Source: Cyanophyceae cyanobacterium
Lineage (GTDB): Bacteria; Cyanobacteriota; Cyanobacteriia; Cyanobacteriales; JBHJGN01
DNA length: 64,000 bases
Reading direction: 5' to 3'
NCBI GenBank assembly: GCA_050331735.1
Contig: JBHJGN010000020.1
Location: 1-64,000 of the forward strand
Below, piece by piece: positions 19,900-29,738 of this stretch. A model generated the notes under the pieces. The model was not told where the DNA came from. It did no database searches and worked only from the letters and a program-made list of their open reading frames with translations. Both the position numbers and the translations under genes were made by a program. Within the stretch, counting starts at the first letter, position 1. Each line of letters opens with the position of its first letter.

Positions 19900-20853
19900 T
19901 TACAGCATCGTTAGCTCCCCCATCACTTCTAGGCGCTTACATGAACTGAGAATCATGAATTTATCCGAGAGGGTTTCGGCGACGCTCGGGCTAATCCAGC
20001 CCATCTGCTTGAGTAACTGAATGGCTACCGCGTATTTAGCCCGTCTTGCGCCATCAATCACCTTAATCGCTAATCCCATTCCTTCCCCAACACGCCCAAC
20101 ACACTGGATGCCCTCTGCCCCCGACTTACTCACTAATTCTCCGTTAGTTGAGCGCATCAGCTCCGTATCGAAAGCACCATCTCCAGCGACTAAGCTTGGA
20201 TAGTAGCTCATCGCTCGGACAATTCGCTCGAGATCGAGACTCTTTCCCGAAGCGAGCTGGGCATACAGGTAGGCTATTTGCCTAATCTGCATAAAGTAGG
20301 TGGGGACTCCGCAATCATCGCGAGCGCTGATGAGCTCTTCTCCGGGCATTTCTAGCAACTCAGCAACTTTGGCAAGAATTAGCTGCTGTACCGGATTGGA
20401 GGAACGGACATAAGTGTTGAGAGGCCAGTGTCGCTGCTGGCAAACTGCCAACATCGCGGCATGTTTTCCGGAACAGTTATGCTGCAGAGGACTCTGCTTA
20501 TCCGGAGGAGTGGGGCACTGGAGTGCTGAGGGGTCAACGTCTGAACGCCACAGAATGTTAAACACCTGTCGGGCTTGTTCGATTGTGCCTCGATGGGAAC
20601 TACAGGCGATCGCTAAATCTTTGTCGGTTAGCTCGTATCGCTCTAGCGTTCCCGTACTCGTCATTGCCAACGCTTGAAACGGCTTGAGGGCTGAGCGAAT
20701 GAACGTGCCCGATTCTGCGCTTCCCGCAACTAAAAGGACGCGTCCGCGGTCGTCACAGACGGTTGCCTCTACTTGATGAACAGATTCAACAATTCCTTCT
20801 CGCAGTAAATGAACTTCTATTCTTGGTGATGAAATTCGCTTTCCCCTGGTCAA
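19900..20853 (-). CDS. L-asparaginase II family protein
   Basis: RSALKPFQA, CSSH, HNCSGKHA, DDCGVP and SKSGAEG. Confidence 0.9.
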   Translation of the reverse strand: MTRGKRISSPRIEVHLLREGIVESVHQVEATVCDDRGRVLLVAGSAESGTFIRSALKPFQALAMTSTGTLERYELTDKDLAIACSSHRGTIEQARQVFNILWRSDVDPSALQCPTPPDKQSPLQHNCSGKHAAMLAVCQQRHWPLNTYVRSSNPVQQLILAKVAELLEMPGEELISARDDCGVPTYFMQIRQIAYLYAQLASGKSLDLERIVRAMSYYPSLVAGDGAFDTELMRSTNGELVSKSGAEGIQCVGRVGEGMGLAIKVIDGARRAKYAVAIQLLKQMGWISPSVAETLSDKFMILSSCKRLEVMGELTML

Positions 20854-21050
20854 GTTGCTTTACTCCAGTTTAAGATTCAAGAATATTAATACCAATTGAT
20901 GCCAAATGTTAGCCTTTGCCGGTGAAATTTCTCCAGCATTCATCTCTCTAAATAACTCAGTGCTGACTGCTTCAATTATTAAAGAGATATAGACAATCAG
21001 TTAATAATAAGCAGTGGGGAGAATAACAAACTCATAAAAACGGCCTACCC

Positions 21051-21554
21051 CTAGTTTGAGGACCAGAACCACACGGTGCTAGCGCCGCCAATAAACGCCA
21101 GCAGAACGAAGGTCGTTTGTTTAAGACGGGTAAGCATGGGCTCAACCTGATAGGTCGCAATCAGGCGATCACGAGTCAGCACTTCGGGGGGCTTGTGCCA
21201 AACTTGACCGTCATACCAGCCCGATTCTTCGTAAACAACCGTTTCTTTTTGAAGGCGATCGCCAACATAGGACCAGCCTAAATAGAGTCTCAGTACGATG
21301 AATACCACCAACAGTCCCGCTCCAGCTCCACTGCTGAGGCCAAACAAAATCGGCTCTTTTTGAGGCGGAAAACTAACGGCTGTGATCGGACCAGCTACGA
21401 GCCAACCAACTGCCCAAACCCAGAAAAGTTTTCTCCAATAGTCTGCGGCGCTAAGGCTTACCCAGCGAAAAAACCAGGCTTCCTTTAACTCTTCGTACTC
21501 GTTAATGGGTTGCTGTTCTTGTGGAACCGGACAAGTTGATGTCGTTTGCTTCAT
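21051..21554 (-). CDS. CGLD27/Ycf36 (DUF1230) family protein
   Basis: CPVPQEQQPINEY and RLYLGWSYV..RL....V.YEESGWYDGQ.W.KP. Confidence 0.92.
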   Translation of the reverse strand: MKQTTSTCPVPQEQQPINEYEELKEAWFFRWVSLSAADYWRKLFWVWAVGWLVAGPITAVSFPPQKEPILFGLSSGAGAGLLVVFIVLRLYLGWSYVGDRLQKETVVYEESGWYDGQVWHKPPEVLTRDRLIATYQVEPMLTRLKQTTFVLLAFIGGASTVWFWSSN

Positions 21555-21979
21555 GACTCTTGTGGATTGAATCGCTCCTGAAAATCAAGGCGCTGGGCGT
21601 GTCCCCAAAAGGCTTCTAAATTATAAAAATCTCTTTCTTGAGGCAGAAAGATATGAGCAATCACGTCTCCGTAGTCTAAAAGAATCCAGCTTCCTTGCGC
21701 TTTCCCCGCCACTCTTAGGGGGTGCTTCTGACGCTCTTCCGCCATCTTTTTCTCGATGGAATCTGCAATAGCCCGCACCTGAGTTTTGGAAAAGCCCGTC
21801 GCAATCACAAAATAATCTGCTAAGTAAGAAACTTCACTCACCTGCAGCACAGCAATATCTGCCGCTTTACGAGCGTCAGCCGCTTGGGCAATCAGCCAAG
21901 CTTCTTGGCGGCTTGGCTGTAAGTCATCGTTGACTAAAGCGGTAGAAACGGTATTTAGTTCATGATTATTGTCAGTCAT
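21551..21979 (-). CDS. rsfS: Ribosome silencing factor
   Basis: ADYFVIATG and WILLDYGDVIAHIF...RDFYNLEAFW. Confidence 0.95.
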   Translation of the reverse strand: MTDNNHELNTVSTALVNDDLQPSRQEAWLIAQAADARKAADIAVLQVSEVSYLADYFVIATGFSKTQVRAIADSIEKKMAEERQKHPLRVAGKAQGSWILLDYGDVIAHIFLPQERDFYNLEAFWGHAQRLDFQERFNPQES

Positions 21980-22526
21980 CCAGATTCTAATTGTTGGAGG
22001 TCAATAAGAATAACAGCGGCAATCTCGTTAACTCGCGATTCAGGCTGATTAACATTTAGTTTCAACTATTAGGCCTTTAGCTATTGGTTGGAATACACGA
22101 AAGCTATTCCTTGCTGCCGTTTGCCCTACTGCGATCAAGCATTTTAGAACCCTATTTTCGGGTTGCTTTCTACTATTATGATAGTAACAATAGGATGGCA
22201 TCGGCTTCTAGTATGCCGATTTTAATGTCTACCGTTACAGCGCCGCACTAATCTCTCTATAGTTTGCTTATAGCACATCACGGCACTAATAGCGTTGCTT
22301 TCCTGCTGCTTACGAAATAAAATTATCAAGCGGAGACAACGCTTCCCGGTTCTGCCGGAATTGACTTTAGGAGTCGCACTCGCTGCTTTGTGGCAGGAGG
22401 TGGGGCTTCTGGCAAAGCAAAAGTTTAGCCTAGCCCCTCCAGAACTTAATGGCGCTAGAAGTGGGAATCGTTGTTCTGCACCAGCAGTCCCCGTTCAGGT
22501 CTTAGGGTGTTAAACTACCGTCAAGC

Positions 22527-23783
22527 TCAGTAGCAAATTCCGGTTCTTTTCTGTTTCTTTTCTTCAACAACCTCTGCAAATAGCTCTTCGTAGCGATCTA
22601 GAGCTAACTCAAAACTGTAGTTCTGGAGAGCATATTGCCGTCCCTGTTTGCCCAAAGTCTCCATTTGCTGAGGATCGGAGTAGAGGGTTGTAATGGCGTT
22701 CGCTAAAGCCGGAGGATTTTCTGGCGGCACAACTAAACCACCACCGCTTTTCTCGATTGCTCTTGCTGCCGTCCCCGCAGCGGGAACGGAGGCGATAATG
22801 GCTCTGCCGCTTGCCAGCAACACCTGAATTTTAGAAGGCATATTGAAGGCAATGACGTTGTGCTTCTGCATAACCAGAGCCACATCAGCCGCCGCCAACA
22901 TCTCTGGTAGTTGGTTGCGCGGCTGAAAGGACAAAAGTTTAACGTTATCTACCTTCTTTCTCTGACAATGCTTCTGCAGCCGCTCTAGAGCTTTTTCTTC
23001 GCCAACAATTACAAATACAATATCTTTGACCAGTCTTAGTTCGGCGGCGGCTTCAATGACGGTTTCTAACCCTTGCGTGAGCGCAATGTTGCCGGAGTAA
23101 AGCACGACAAATTTGCCTTCTAGTCTATGCTCTTGGCGGAAGCGACCGTTTTTAGGCAGAGGCTTGATAAAATTAATGTCGACCCAATTCGGAATTTCGA
23201 CAATTTTATCCGTCGGCACTCCCTTGTTGTAAAGATTTTTGCTAAATCCATCGGCAATAACGCTGATTTTGGCCGCTTTTTGATAGGCAAACCTTTCTAA
23301 ACTTTTGAAAACGCGAATTAACGCTTTATTTCTGAGCAGCCCGACATGAACGGCAGCGTCCGGCAAAATATCTTGAAGATTCAGCACAATTGGGCAGTGA
23401 TAAACCCATCCCAAGAGAGCGGCGGGAACGCATACAGGCAGACCTGGAACCGTCAGTAGAATAAGTTGGGGACGCCAGCCTCTTAGAGCCTGTAGAAAGC
23501 TGAGACTGACAAAGCTGATTTCAAACAGACCCCGATGATAGAAGTCACGTTGGGAGCTAATCTGCACGTAGCAGCGCTGAATTGCCACTCCGTTTCGTTC
23601 TTCGGCAAGATAGAGTTTCCCCCGATACTGAGGATAAATCTGGCTAGCTGGATACCAGGGAACAGCAGTGACCACACGAACCTGATGACCTCGTTTTACT
23701 AATCCCTCAGCTAAATCGGTCATAAGCGGAGCAATACCGATTGGCTCGGGATGGTAGTTGTAGGAATAAATCAGAATGCGCAT
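22527..23783 (-). CDS. Glycosyltransferase family 4 (WcaI-like)
   Basis: YNYHPEPIGIA, LQDILPD, YSGNIALTQG and MPSKIQ. Confidence 0.9.
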   Translation of the reverse strand: MRILIYSYNYHPEPIGIAPLMTDLAEGLVKRGHQVRVVTAVPWYPASQIYPQYRGKLYLAEERNGVAIQRCYVQISSQRDFYHRGLFEISFVSLSFLQALRGWRPQLILLTVPGLPVCVPAALLGWVYHCPIVLNLQDILPDAAVHVGLLRNKALIRVFKSLERFAYQKAAKISVIADGFSKNLYNKGVPTDKIVEIPNWVDINFIKPLPKNGRFRQEHRLEGKFVVLYSGNIALTQGLETVIEAAAELRLVKDIVFVIVGEEKALERLQKHCQRKKVDNVKLLSFQPRNQLPEMLAAADVALVMQKHNVIAFNMPSKIQVLLASGRAIIASVPAAGTAARAIEKSGGGLVVPPENPPALANAITTLYSDPQQMETLGKQGRQYALQNYSFELALDRYEELFAEVVEEKKQKRTGICY

Positions 23784-23961
23784 ACCCTTAGTTAAAACCA
23801 GTCTATATTTTGCCTGTATCTGTTCCCCTATTGATTCCGGTCAATCTAGTTAGTTGAAGCGGATACATTGATAAAGTTCCCGAAAAACCGTCAACAATAA
23901 CACACTGGGCGTTTTAACTTCCTTTGATAGCTATTGATTGCCTTTAGCCCCAAATTATAGT

Positions 23962-24393
23962 CTAAGAACCAGTTTTTTTCCGCATGATCAGGCAATTACG
24001 CCTTTTTGCAACTCTAATGTACTCAATTTCATCCGTTAGCTTCTGCATAAAAAAAAGTCCCCGTCCATTCTCATCAAATAGGTGTTGCTCATGGGAATAC
24101 TTGAGAGCAGAATTAAGGTTAAACGGTTGTCCCCAGTTCCAGATGCGCATCTCCAGACAGTTGGTAAAAATGCTGATTTCCAGATCAATTTTTGTTGTCG
24201 TCGGCAGCCCTCGATGAGCATGACGAACTGTATTGGTAAAGCCCTCCGTTAAAGCAACTTGACACTGCCAAAAGGTCTGCTGCGGGACGAAGGCCTGAGT
24301 AGATCGCTCAAACCACTGTAAAACTGCTGTCAAGGACTCTAACTCCGTATTAACCTGTAGGTGAAATTGTTTGATTAGTCTTTCATCCGACAT
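23962..24393 (-). CDS. RsbW-like anti-sigma factor/Ser kinase (HATPase_c_2)
   Basis: N-box EGFTNTVRHAH, G1-like WNWG and G2 ENGRGLFFM. Confidence 0.85.
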   Translation of the reverse strand: MSDERLIKQFHLQVNTELESLTAVLQWFERSTQAFVPQQTFWQCQVALTEGFTNTVRHAHRGLPTTTKIDLEISIFTNCLEMRIWNWGQPFNLNSALKYSHEQHLFDENGRGLFFMQKLTDEIEYIRVAKRRNCLIMRKKTGS

Positions 24394-24409
24394 TAATGCT
24401 CGTCAATTT

Positions 24410-25390
24410 TCAAACAGCACCACTATTTTTCTGGAACAAAATCGCAATTGTTTTGAGAATCAGGGCAACATCGTAACTCAAACTCCAGTTCTTCTGGTAG
24501 CGCAGGTCTAGCTGAATGACTTCTTCAAAGTTTCGGATTTGCGATCGCCCATGAACTTGCCATTCTCCAGTCATTCCTGGTTTGACATCGAGTCTTTGCC
24601 ATTCCGGCACCTCATAGCGCTCTACTTCGTCAGGCGTTGGTGGTCTTGTTCCTACTAGACTCATCTCTCCTTTGAGGACGTTCCAGAATTGCGGTAGCTC
24701 ATCCAAGCTGGTGCGCCGTAAAAATCGACCTACCTGAGTCACCCGCGGATCGTTGTCGTTTTTGAACAGCGCACCGCTGATTTGGTTAACGACCTCGGAT
24801 TTTCTCGCTTCGGCATCGGCACACATCGAGCGAAATTTCCAGATGCGGAACCGTTTACCCATCCAGCCACAGCGGACCTGGCCGAAAAAGAGTGGACCGC
24901 GACTATCTCGGCGGATGGCAATAGCAATGGGCACAAAGGCAAGAGCGGTAATTCCCAAGCCGACAAGGCTACCGACAATATCCATGAGTCGTTTAACCTT
25001 AGAGCGAACAGAAGGATGAGTCTCAGGAGGCTGGGTCGAAGAAAAATCGGCGGTTTGTGCTGTGGAAATCTGAAACACTTCATCAAGTCCCGTCATGGAC
25101 AAAACCGCCATCACCGGTGGATGAACGTCTTTCAGCTTTAATTTTACTCCCTGGCTTTGGGTGGCCTTGAGGTTGTGAACTAACGCTCCAATTCCGCTAC
25201 TGTCGATAAATTGGGTCTGCGCAAAATCAAAGATGATTTGCTGAGCCGAGTGATGTTTTTCTAAAAGCTGATGGCACGTTTCCTTAAACGAAACCGCCTC
25301 TAGTATACTCAAGCGGTCAGGAACTTTAACAACGGGAGTATTGTCCGTAACGGTAATCTGAAAATTTTTGTTAGCCTGACTACTCATCAA
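24410..25390 (-). CDS. STAS (anti-anti-sigma) domain fused to bacterial sugar transferase (priming phosphoglycosyl transferase)
   Basis: N-terminal [15 protein letters not shown] motif; C-terminal [45 protein letters not shown] and [10 protein letters not shown]. Confidence 0.92.
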   Translation of the reverse strand: MMSSQANKNFQITVTDNTPVVKVPDRLSILEAVSFKETCHQLLEKHHSAQQIIFDFAQTQFIDSSGIGALVHNLKATQSQGVKLKLKDVHPPVMAVLSMTGLDEVFQISTAQTADFSSTQPPETHPSVRSKVKRLMDIVGSLVGLGITALAFVPIAIAIRRDSRGPLFFGQVRCGWMGKRFRIWKFRSMCADAEARKSEVVNQISGALFKNDNDPRVTQVGRFLRRTSLDELPQFWNVLKGEMSLVGTRPPTPDEVERYEVPEWQRLDVKPGMTGEWQVHGRSQIRNFEEVIQLDLRYQKNWSLSYDVALILKTIAILFQKNSGAV

Positions 25391-25624
25391 TACTAGCCGT
25401 GTGATTGAGCTTCTATTCCCTGACCATTATGCTTTATTATCGCCAAGTCGAGCAGGAAAAATCCAAAAATTAAGTAACTTCTCAGTCCCACTTAAGTAAC
25501 CTTAAAGGTTTCAATTCTCTCTCCCATAGCCGGTGCTGGCATATCGACTGAGCCATCAGCACGTCAGTTTCATCTCGATTTAAACTCAGGGTCCGGGTTC
25601 ACTGCGAGTCTAATGAGCATAGAT

Positions 25625-28486
25625 TTAAAAGCTGCCAGCTAAAGCCGTCTGACAGCGTTCGCAAATTACTTGCTGCCGATCGACCTGGGGTGAATAATTC
25701 CAGCACCGTTCGCATTTCTCGCCCTCGGCCTGAACAATTCCTGCTTTGAGAGTGTCGGTCTGTAATGTGTAGGAGGCGTTGACGGCCTGCGGACTGTCGA
25801 GCACTTCAACTTGCGAGGCGAGAAAGAGATAGCGCAGCGCATCGACTCGTCGCTTCCCTAAACTATCGCTCGGATTAAACTCCTCTAACAAAGAGCGTAG
25901 TTCTGGGCTAGCAACCCACAGCAGAACCTTTGCTTCTAATGAAGAGCCGATCGCCTTTTCTGCTCTTGCTTGTTCCATAACCTTGTTAACCTCAGCCCGA
26001 ATCTGCCGCAGGGTTTGCCAGTCTGCCAATGCTGGCGAGCGCCACTGAGGGTCAAGCTGTATCCATCCCGATTCAAACACCGAACGGGCAGTAGTTTCGT
26101 AGGGCAAAAACTGCCAGATGTCTTCTGCCATATGGCACAGAACCGGGGCGATCGCCCGGGCCAGATTTTCGACAATTATCGCCAGAACCGTCTGGACGCT
26201 GCGGCGGCGGGGCGACTCTGGATGACTAATATACAGCCTATCTTTAGCGATATCTAGATAAAAGTTAGACAGATCGACCACGCAAAAATTCTGGATTGTC
26301 TGGAAGAAGCGGAAGAACTGGAAACTTTCAAAAGCGTCCGTGACCTCATCAAATACCGCCGTCATCTGGTGCAGCATATATTGGTCGAGCTGCGGTAACT
26401 CCTCGTAGGCTACAGCGTCTTTCGTCGGGTCGAAATCGTGGAGGTTGCCTAACAAAAAGCGAGCCGTATTGCGAATTTTTCGGTAGACGTCTGCCAACTG
26501 CTTGAGAATATTTTTCCCAATCGAGACATCGGCGGAATAGTCTACCGAAGAAACCCACAGGCGCAGCACGTCGGCTCCGTAAGGCGGTTCTTGCTTGTGG
26601 TTGTTGCCCCCGTTGATAATTTTCATCGGGTCCACGACGTTGCCCAAGGATTTACTCATTTTGCGCCCCTGTTCGTCCAAGGCAAACCCGTGAGTCAGCA
26701 CCATCTGGTAGGGAGCTTTGCCGTTGGTGGCGACGCTGGTGAGCAAGCTCGACTGGAACCAGCCCCGGTGCTGATCTGAGCCTTCTAGATAAAGATCGGC
26801 GGGGTACTTAAGAGTGTCGCGCTGCTGGCATACTGCCGCCCACGACGATCCCGAATCGAACCACACATCCATTGTATCGGTTCCCTTGCGATAGGTTCGA
26901 CCGTTGTTGCGGTAGCTCGGTGGCAGCAGTTCGGCAACGGATTTTTCCCACCAAGCATCCGAGCCAGAGGCGGCAATAATCTGTCTGACATGCGCGATTG
27001 TTTCTGGTGTTAGCAGCGCTTCCCCGGTTTCCTCATCATAGAATACTGGAATTGGCACTCCCCAACTGCGCTGGCGAGAAATACACCAGTCCGAGCGTTC
27101 AGCGACCATCGGCGTAATCCGGTTTTCTCCCGAGGGCGGCACCCAATTAACGGCGGCGATCGCTTCTAAAGCTGCCTCGCGGAATCCGGCTACCGAAGCA
27201 AACCACTGTTCGGTCGCGCGGAAAATTGTTGGTTTTTTGGTCCGCCAGTCGTAGGGATACTTATGAACATAGGATTCTTCTTTTAATAAAGAATGAGCCT
27301 CTAGGAGAGCGGCAATAATGGCATTATTGGCTCCATCGAGAACATTTAGTCCGGCAAACGGACCGGCCTGCTCGGTGAAGTTACCGCGGTCATCTACTGG
27401 AGCAAGGACAGGCAACCCGTAACGCTGACCCACCAAATAGTCTTCCTGTCCGTGTCCCGGAGCAGTATGAACGAGTCCAGTTCCCGACTCGGTGGTGATA
27501 TAGTCGCCGCCGATCACGACGGGACTTTCTCTATCGAATAAAGGATGACGGTAGGTACAGCCCTCCAGGTCTTTGCCCAACACCGTCAGCTTTTGAGTCA
27601 GCGTCACCCCTAGAGTTTGCGCTAGCCGCTCTCTTAACTCTGCCGCAACAATCAGATACTTAAACGTCTGGTTTGAGTCGGTTTCTACAACAGCGTAGGT
27701 CAAGTCAGCATTAACTGCCACCGCTAAATTCCCGGGAATGGTCCAGGGAGTTGTTGTCCAAATGGCCACCCCCAGCTTGGGCAGGAAAGGGACTAGTGCC
27801 TGAGCGGTTTTCCCAAGCGTCGTGACGGGGAAAGCCGCGTAGATACTCTGAGAGGAATGTCCTTCAGGATACTCCAGTTCCGCCTCTGCTAGGGCTGTTT
27901 GCGAACTCGGACTCCAGTGAACGGGTTTAAGTCCGCGATAGATATAGCCTTTGAGCGCCATCTGGCCAAAGACGTCGATTTGAGCCGCTTCGTACTCTGG
28001 CTGAAGAGTCATATAGGGATGTTGCCAGTCACCCCAAACTCCGAAGCGTTGAAAGCCTGTGCGCTGTTCGGTAATCGTCTCAAGGGCAAAATCACGAGCC
28101 TGATGGCGTAGCTGTAAGGGAGTCAGGTTTCGTTTAGACTTCAGCTTTTGAAGAACTTTTAACTCGATAGGCAAGCCGTGGCAGTCCCACCCAGGAACGT
28201 AGCGCACTTTGTATCCCCGCAGGAGCTTATACTTATTGATGATGTCTTTGAGAATTTTGTTGAGGGCGTGACCCATGTGCAGCGAGCCGTTTGCGTAGGG
28301 AGGACCGTCGTGCAGCACAAATAGATCGCCAGGATTGTGCTGCGATAGATGTTCGTAAATTTGCTGGTCTGCCCAAAACTTTTGCAGCTCTGGTTCTCGC
28401 GTTACTGAGTTTGCCCGCATGCTAAAGGCAGTTTGAGGCAGATTAACGGTCTCTTTGTAGCTCTTGGGTGCGGTTGGTGCTGTCAC
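25625..28486 (-). CDS. ileS: Isoleucine--tRNA ligase (type 1)
   Basis: HDGPPYANG.LHMGH, GSDQHRGWF, KMSKS and a C-terminal CERC zinc motif. Confidence 0.98.
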   Translation of the reverse strand: MTAPTAPKSYKETVNLPQTAFSMRANSVTREPELQKFWADQQIYEHLSQHNPGDLFVLHDGPPYANGSLHMGHALNKILKDIINKYKLLRGYKVRYVPGWDCHGLPIELKVLQKLKSKRNLTPLQLRHQARDFALETITEQRTGFQRFGVWGDWQHPYMTLQPEYEAAQIDVFGQMALKGYIYRGLKPVHWSPSSQTALAEAELEYPEGHSSQSIYAAFPVTTLGKTAQALVPFLPKLGVAIWTTTPWTIPGNLAVAVNADLTYAVVETDSNQTFKYLIVAAELRERLAQTLGVTLTQKLTVLGKDLEGCTYRHPLFDRESPVVIGGDYITTESGTGLVHTAPGHGQEDYLVGQRYGLPVLAPVDDRGNFTEQAGPFAGLNVLDGANNAIIAALLEAHSLLKEESYVHKYPYDWRTKKPTIFRATEQWFASVAGFREAALEAIAAVNWVPPSGENRITPMVAERSDWCISRQRSWGVPIPVFYDEETGEALLTPETIAHVRQIIAASGSDAWWEKSVAELLPPSYRNNGRTYRKGTDTMDVWFDSGSSWAAVCQQRDTLKYPADLYLEGSDQHRGWFQSSLLTSVATNGKAPYQMVLTHGFALDEQGRKMSKSLGNVVDPMKIINGGNNHKQEPPYGADVLRLWVSSVDYSADVSIGKNILKQLADVYRKIRNTARFLLGNLHDFDPTKDAVAYEELPQLDQYMLHQMTAVFDEVTDAFESFQFFRFFQTIQNFCVVDLSNFYLDIAKDRLYISHPESPRRRSVQTVLAIIVENLARAIAPVLCHMAEDIWQFLPYETTARSVFESGWIQLDPQWRSPALADWQTLRQIRAEVNKVMEQARAEKAIGSSLEAKVLLWVASPELRSLLEEFNPSDSLGKRRVDALRYLFLASQVEVLDSPQAVNASYTLQTDTLKAGIVQAEGEKCERCWNYSPQVDRQQVICERCQTALAGSF

Positions 28487-28540
28487 AGGTCAATGCCAAT
28501 CAACGAGTCTTTTTGCTATCTTAATGCGAATGCCGAGAAT

Positions 28541-29587
28541 TTAAGTAGCAGAATCCTGGTCATCTTTGCTGTGAAGTTCTGGGATATCTTGGCGCATTTG
28601 CGGATCTCCGTCGCCAATTGGTTCTGCTGGAGGAGTCAGTTGAGCTTCAGGAGCCACCTCTTCCACATCGATTTGCGGGGCGTGATCGCCTTCTTGAGCC
28701 GCTTCGACCATCTCCGGGGCAGGAGGGTCAGGAGGCGTAGCTTGCCTCTCATCGGAGTTGGGCGAGACTGCTTCCTGTGGGGCTGTCTCGACCGTGTCTG
28801 CGGAAGATGAGGCGGCTTGGGAAGGACTGTCTTCTAAAACGGCTTCTCCCATTTCTGGAGTGGAGGAAGCAGGAGGAACGGTTGATGCTGATTTGAGCTG
28901 ACTTGGGGATGAAGTGCCTCGGCTAAATAACTGCTTCAGGGAAAACCTCTTCCGAGGAACCGCTGCCGTCTCGGTCGCTGATGCCTTTGACTCTGGTTGT
29001 GCTAGCGAGGCTTGAGCCGCTTCGGCTTCTAGTTGAGCCCTGGTCACTTCGGCGGGAGACGGTTCTGGCTCTTCTGTCGCCTTTGCAACCGTATCGGCAG
29101 GATTTGATGCACTGGCTGCGGTGACAGAACGAGAAGTTTCGTCTGGCTCGGTGGGTGGAGTGCCTTCAGCAGGACTTGGTTTTGGAGAAGTCTCTGACGA
29201 GGCAGTAGCGCCGGACTGAGCCGTAGATTTTGGTTCGGGAGCTTGACGGCGCAAGAGACTGCCCACTTGCCCGAAAGCTTTTTGAAGAGTTTCGGTCAGA
29301 GAAAAGCTCTCATCGATGTCGGTCATGGTTTCTGGACGGGCCACCAGGCGCCGCAACGTTAGCGTTTCCCACCCGAACCAGACCAGTAGAGCGACTCCCG
29401 CTAGTTGACCTAACAAAACGCCTCCGGTAATTCTGCCAGCGCACATCCATAGCACCAAGGCATAAAACATTCCTACTCCGCTCCACAGAAAGTCGTCTTT
29501 GCGGTGGACTTCGGGAAAAAAGAAGGCTGCCATATAGAAGGCAAAGCTAATCAGGCCAACGGCGATCGCTAAGATATAGGTCAGCAT
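28541..29587 (-). CDS. Ycf66 family protein with long low-complexity tail
   Basis: FFFPEVHRKDDFLWSGVGMFYALVLW N-terminal domain. Confidence 0.88.
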   Translation of the reverse strand: MLTYILAIAVGLISFAFYMAAFFFPEVHRKDDFLWSGVGMFYALVLWMCAGRITGGVLLGQLAGVALLVWFGWETLTLRRLVARPETMTDIDESFSLTETLQKAFGQVGSLLRRQAPEPKSTAQSGATASSETSPKPSPAEGTPPTEPDETSRSVTAASASNPADTVAKATEEPEPSPAEVTRAQLEAEAAQASLAQPESKASATETAAVPRKRFSLKQLFSRGTSSPSQLKSASTVPPASSTPEMGEAVLEDSPSQAASSSADTVETAPQEAVSPNSDERQATPPDPPAPEMVEAAQEGDHAPQIDVEEVAPEAQLTPPAEPIGDGDPQMRQDIPELHSKDDQDSAT

Positions 29588-29691
29588 AGTATGGGGTCTC
29601 CAGTTTTTCTCATCACTGACAATTTTCCTACAGAATCGCTCTTCTCTTAGTCTTACTTTTGACTCAATGTTGGCCCCATCGGGACTCGATC

Positions 29692-29715
29692 AAAAAAGCG
29701 AGCTCAAAGCTCGCT
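29692..29715 (-). terminator. Intrinsic terminator of pntAB
   Basis: Minus strand AGCGAGC-TTTGA-GCTCGCT followed by a T run. Confidence 0.8.
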
Positions 29716-29738
29716 CCTAGCCACTCTTTCACGCCCGT

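Noticed and set aside
22295..22513. 72-aa plus-strand ORF in the rsfS-GT4 gap
   Set aside because: TTG start, no RBS and no motif, so not called as a CDS; the gap itself is listed as a finding.
28541..29300. Pro/Ser/Ala/Glu-rich tail of Ycf66 (and the similar DUF3747 linker) as a novel repeat protein
   Set aside because: Low-complexity disordered linker without discrete DNA repeat units.
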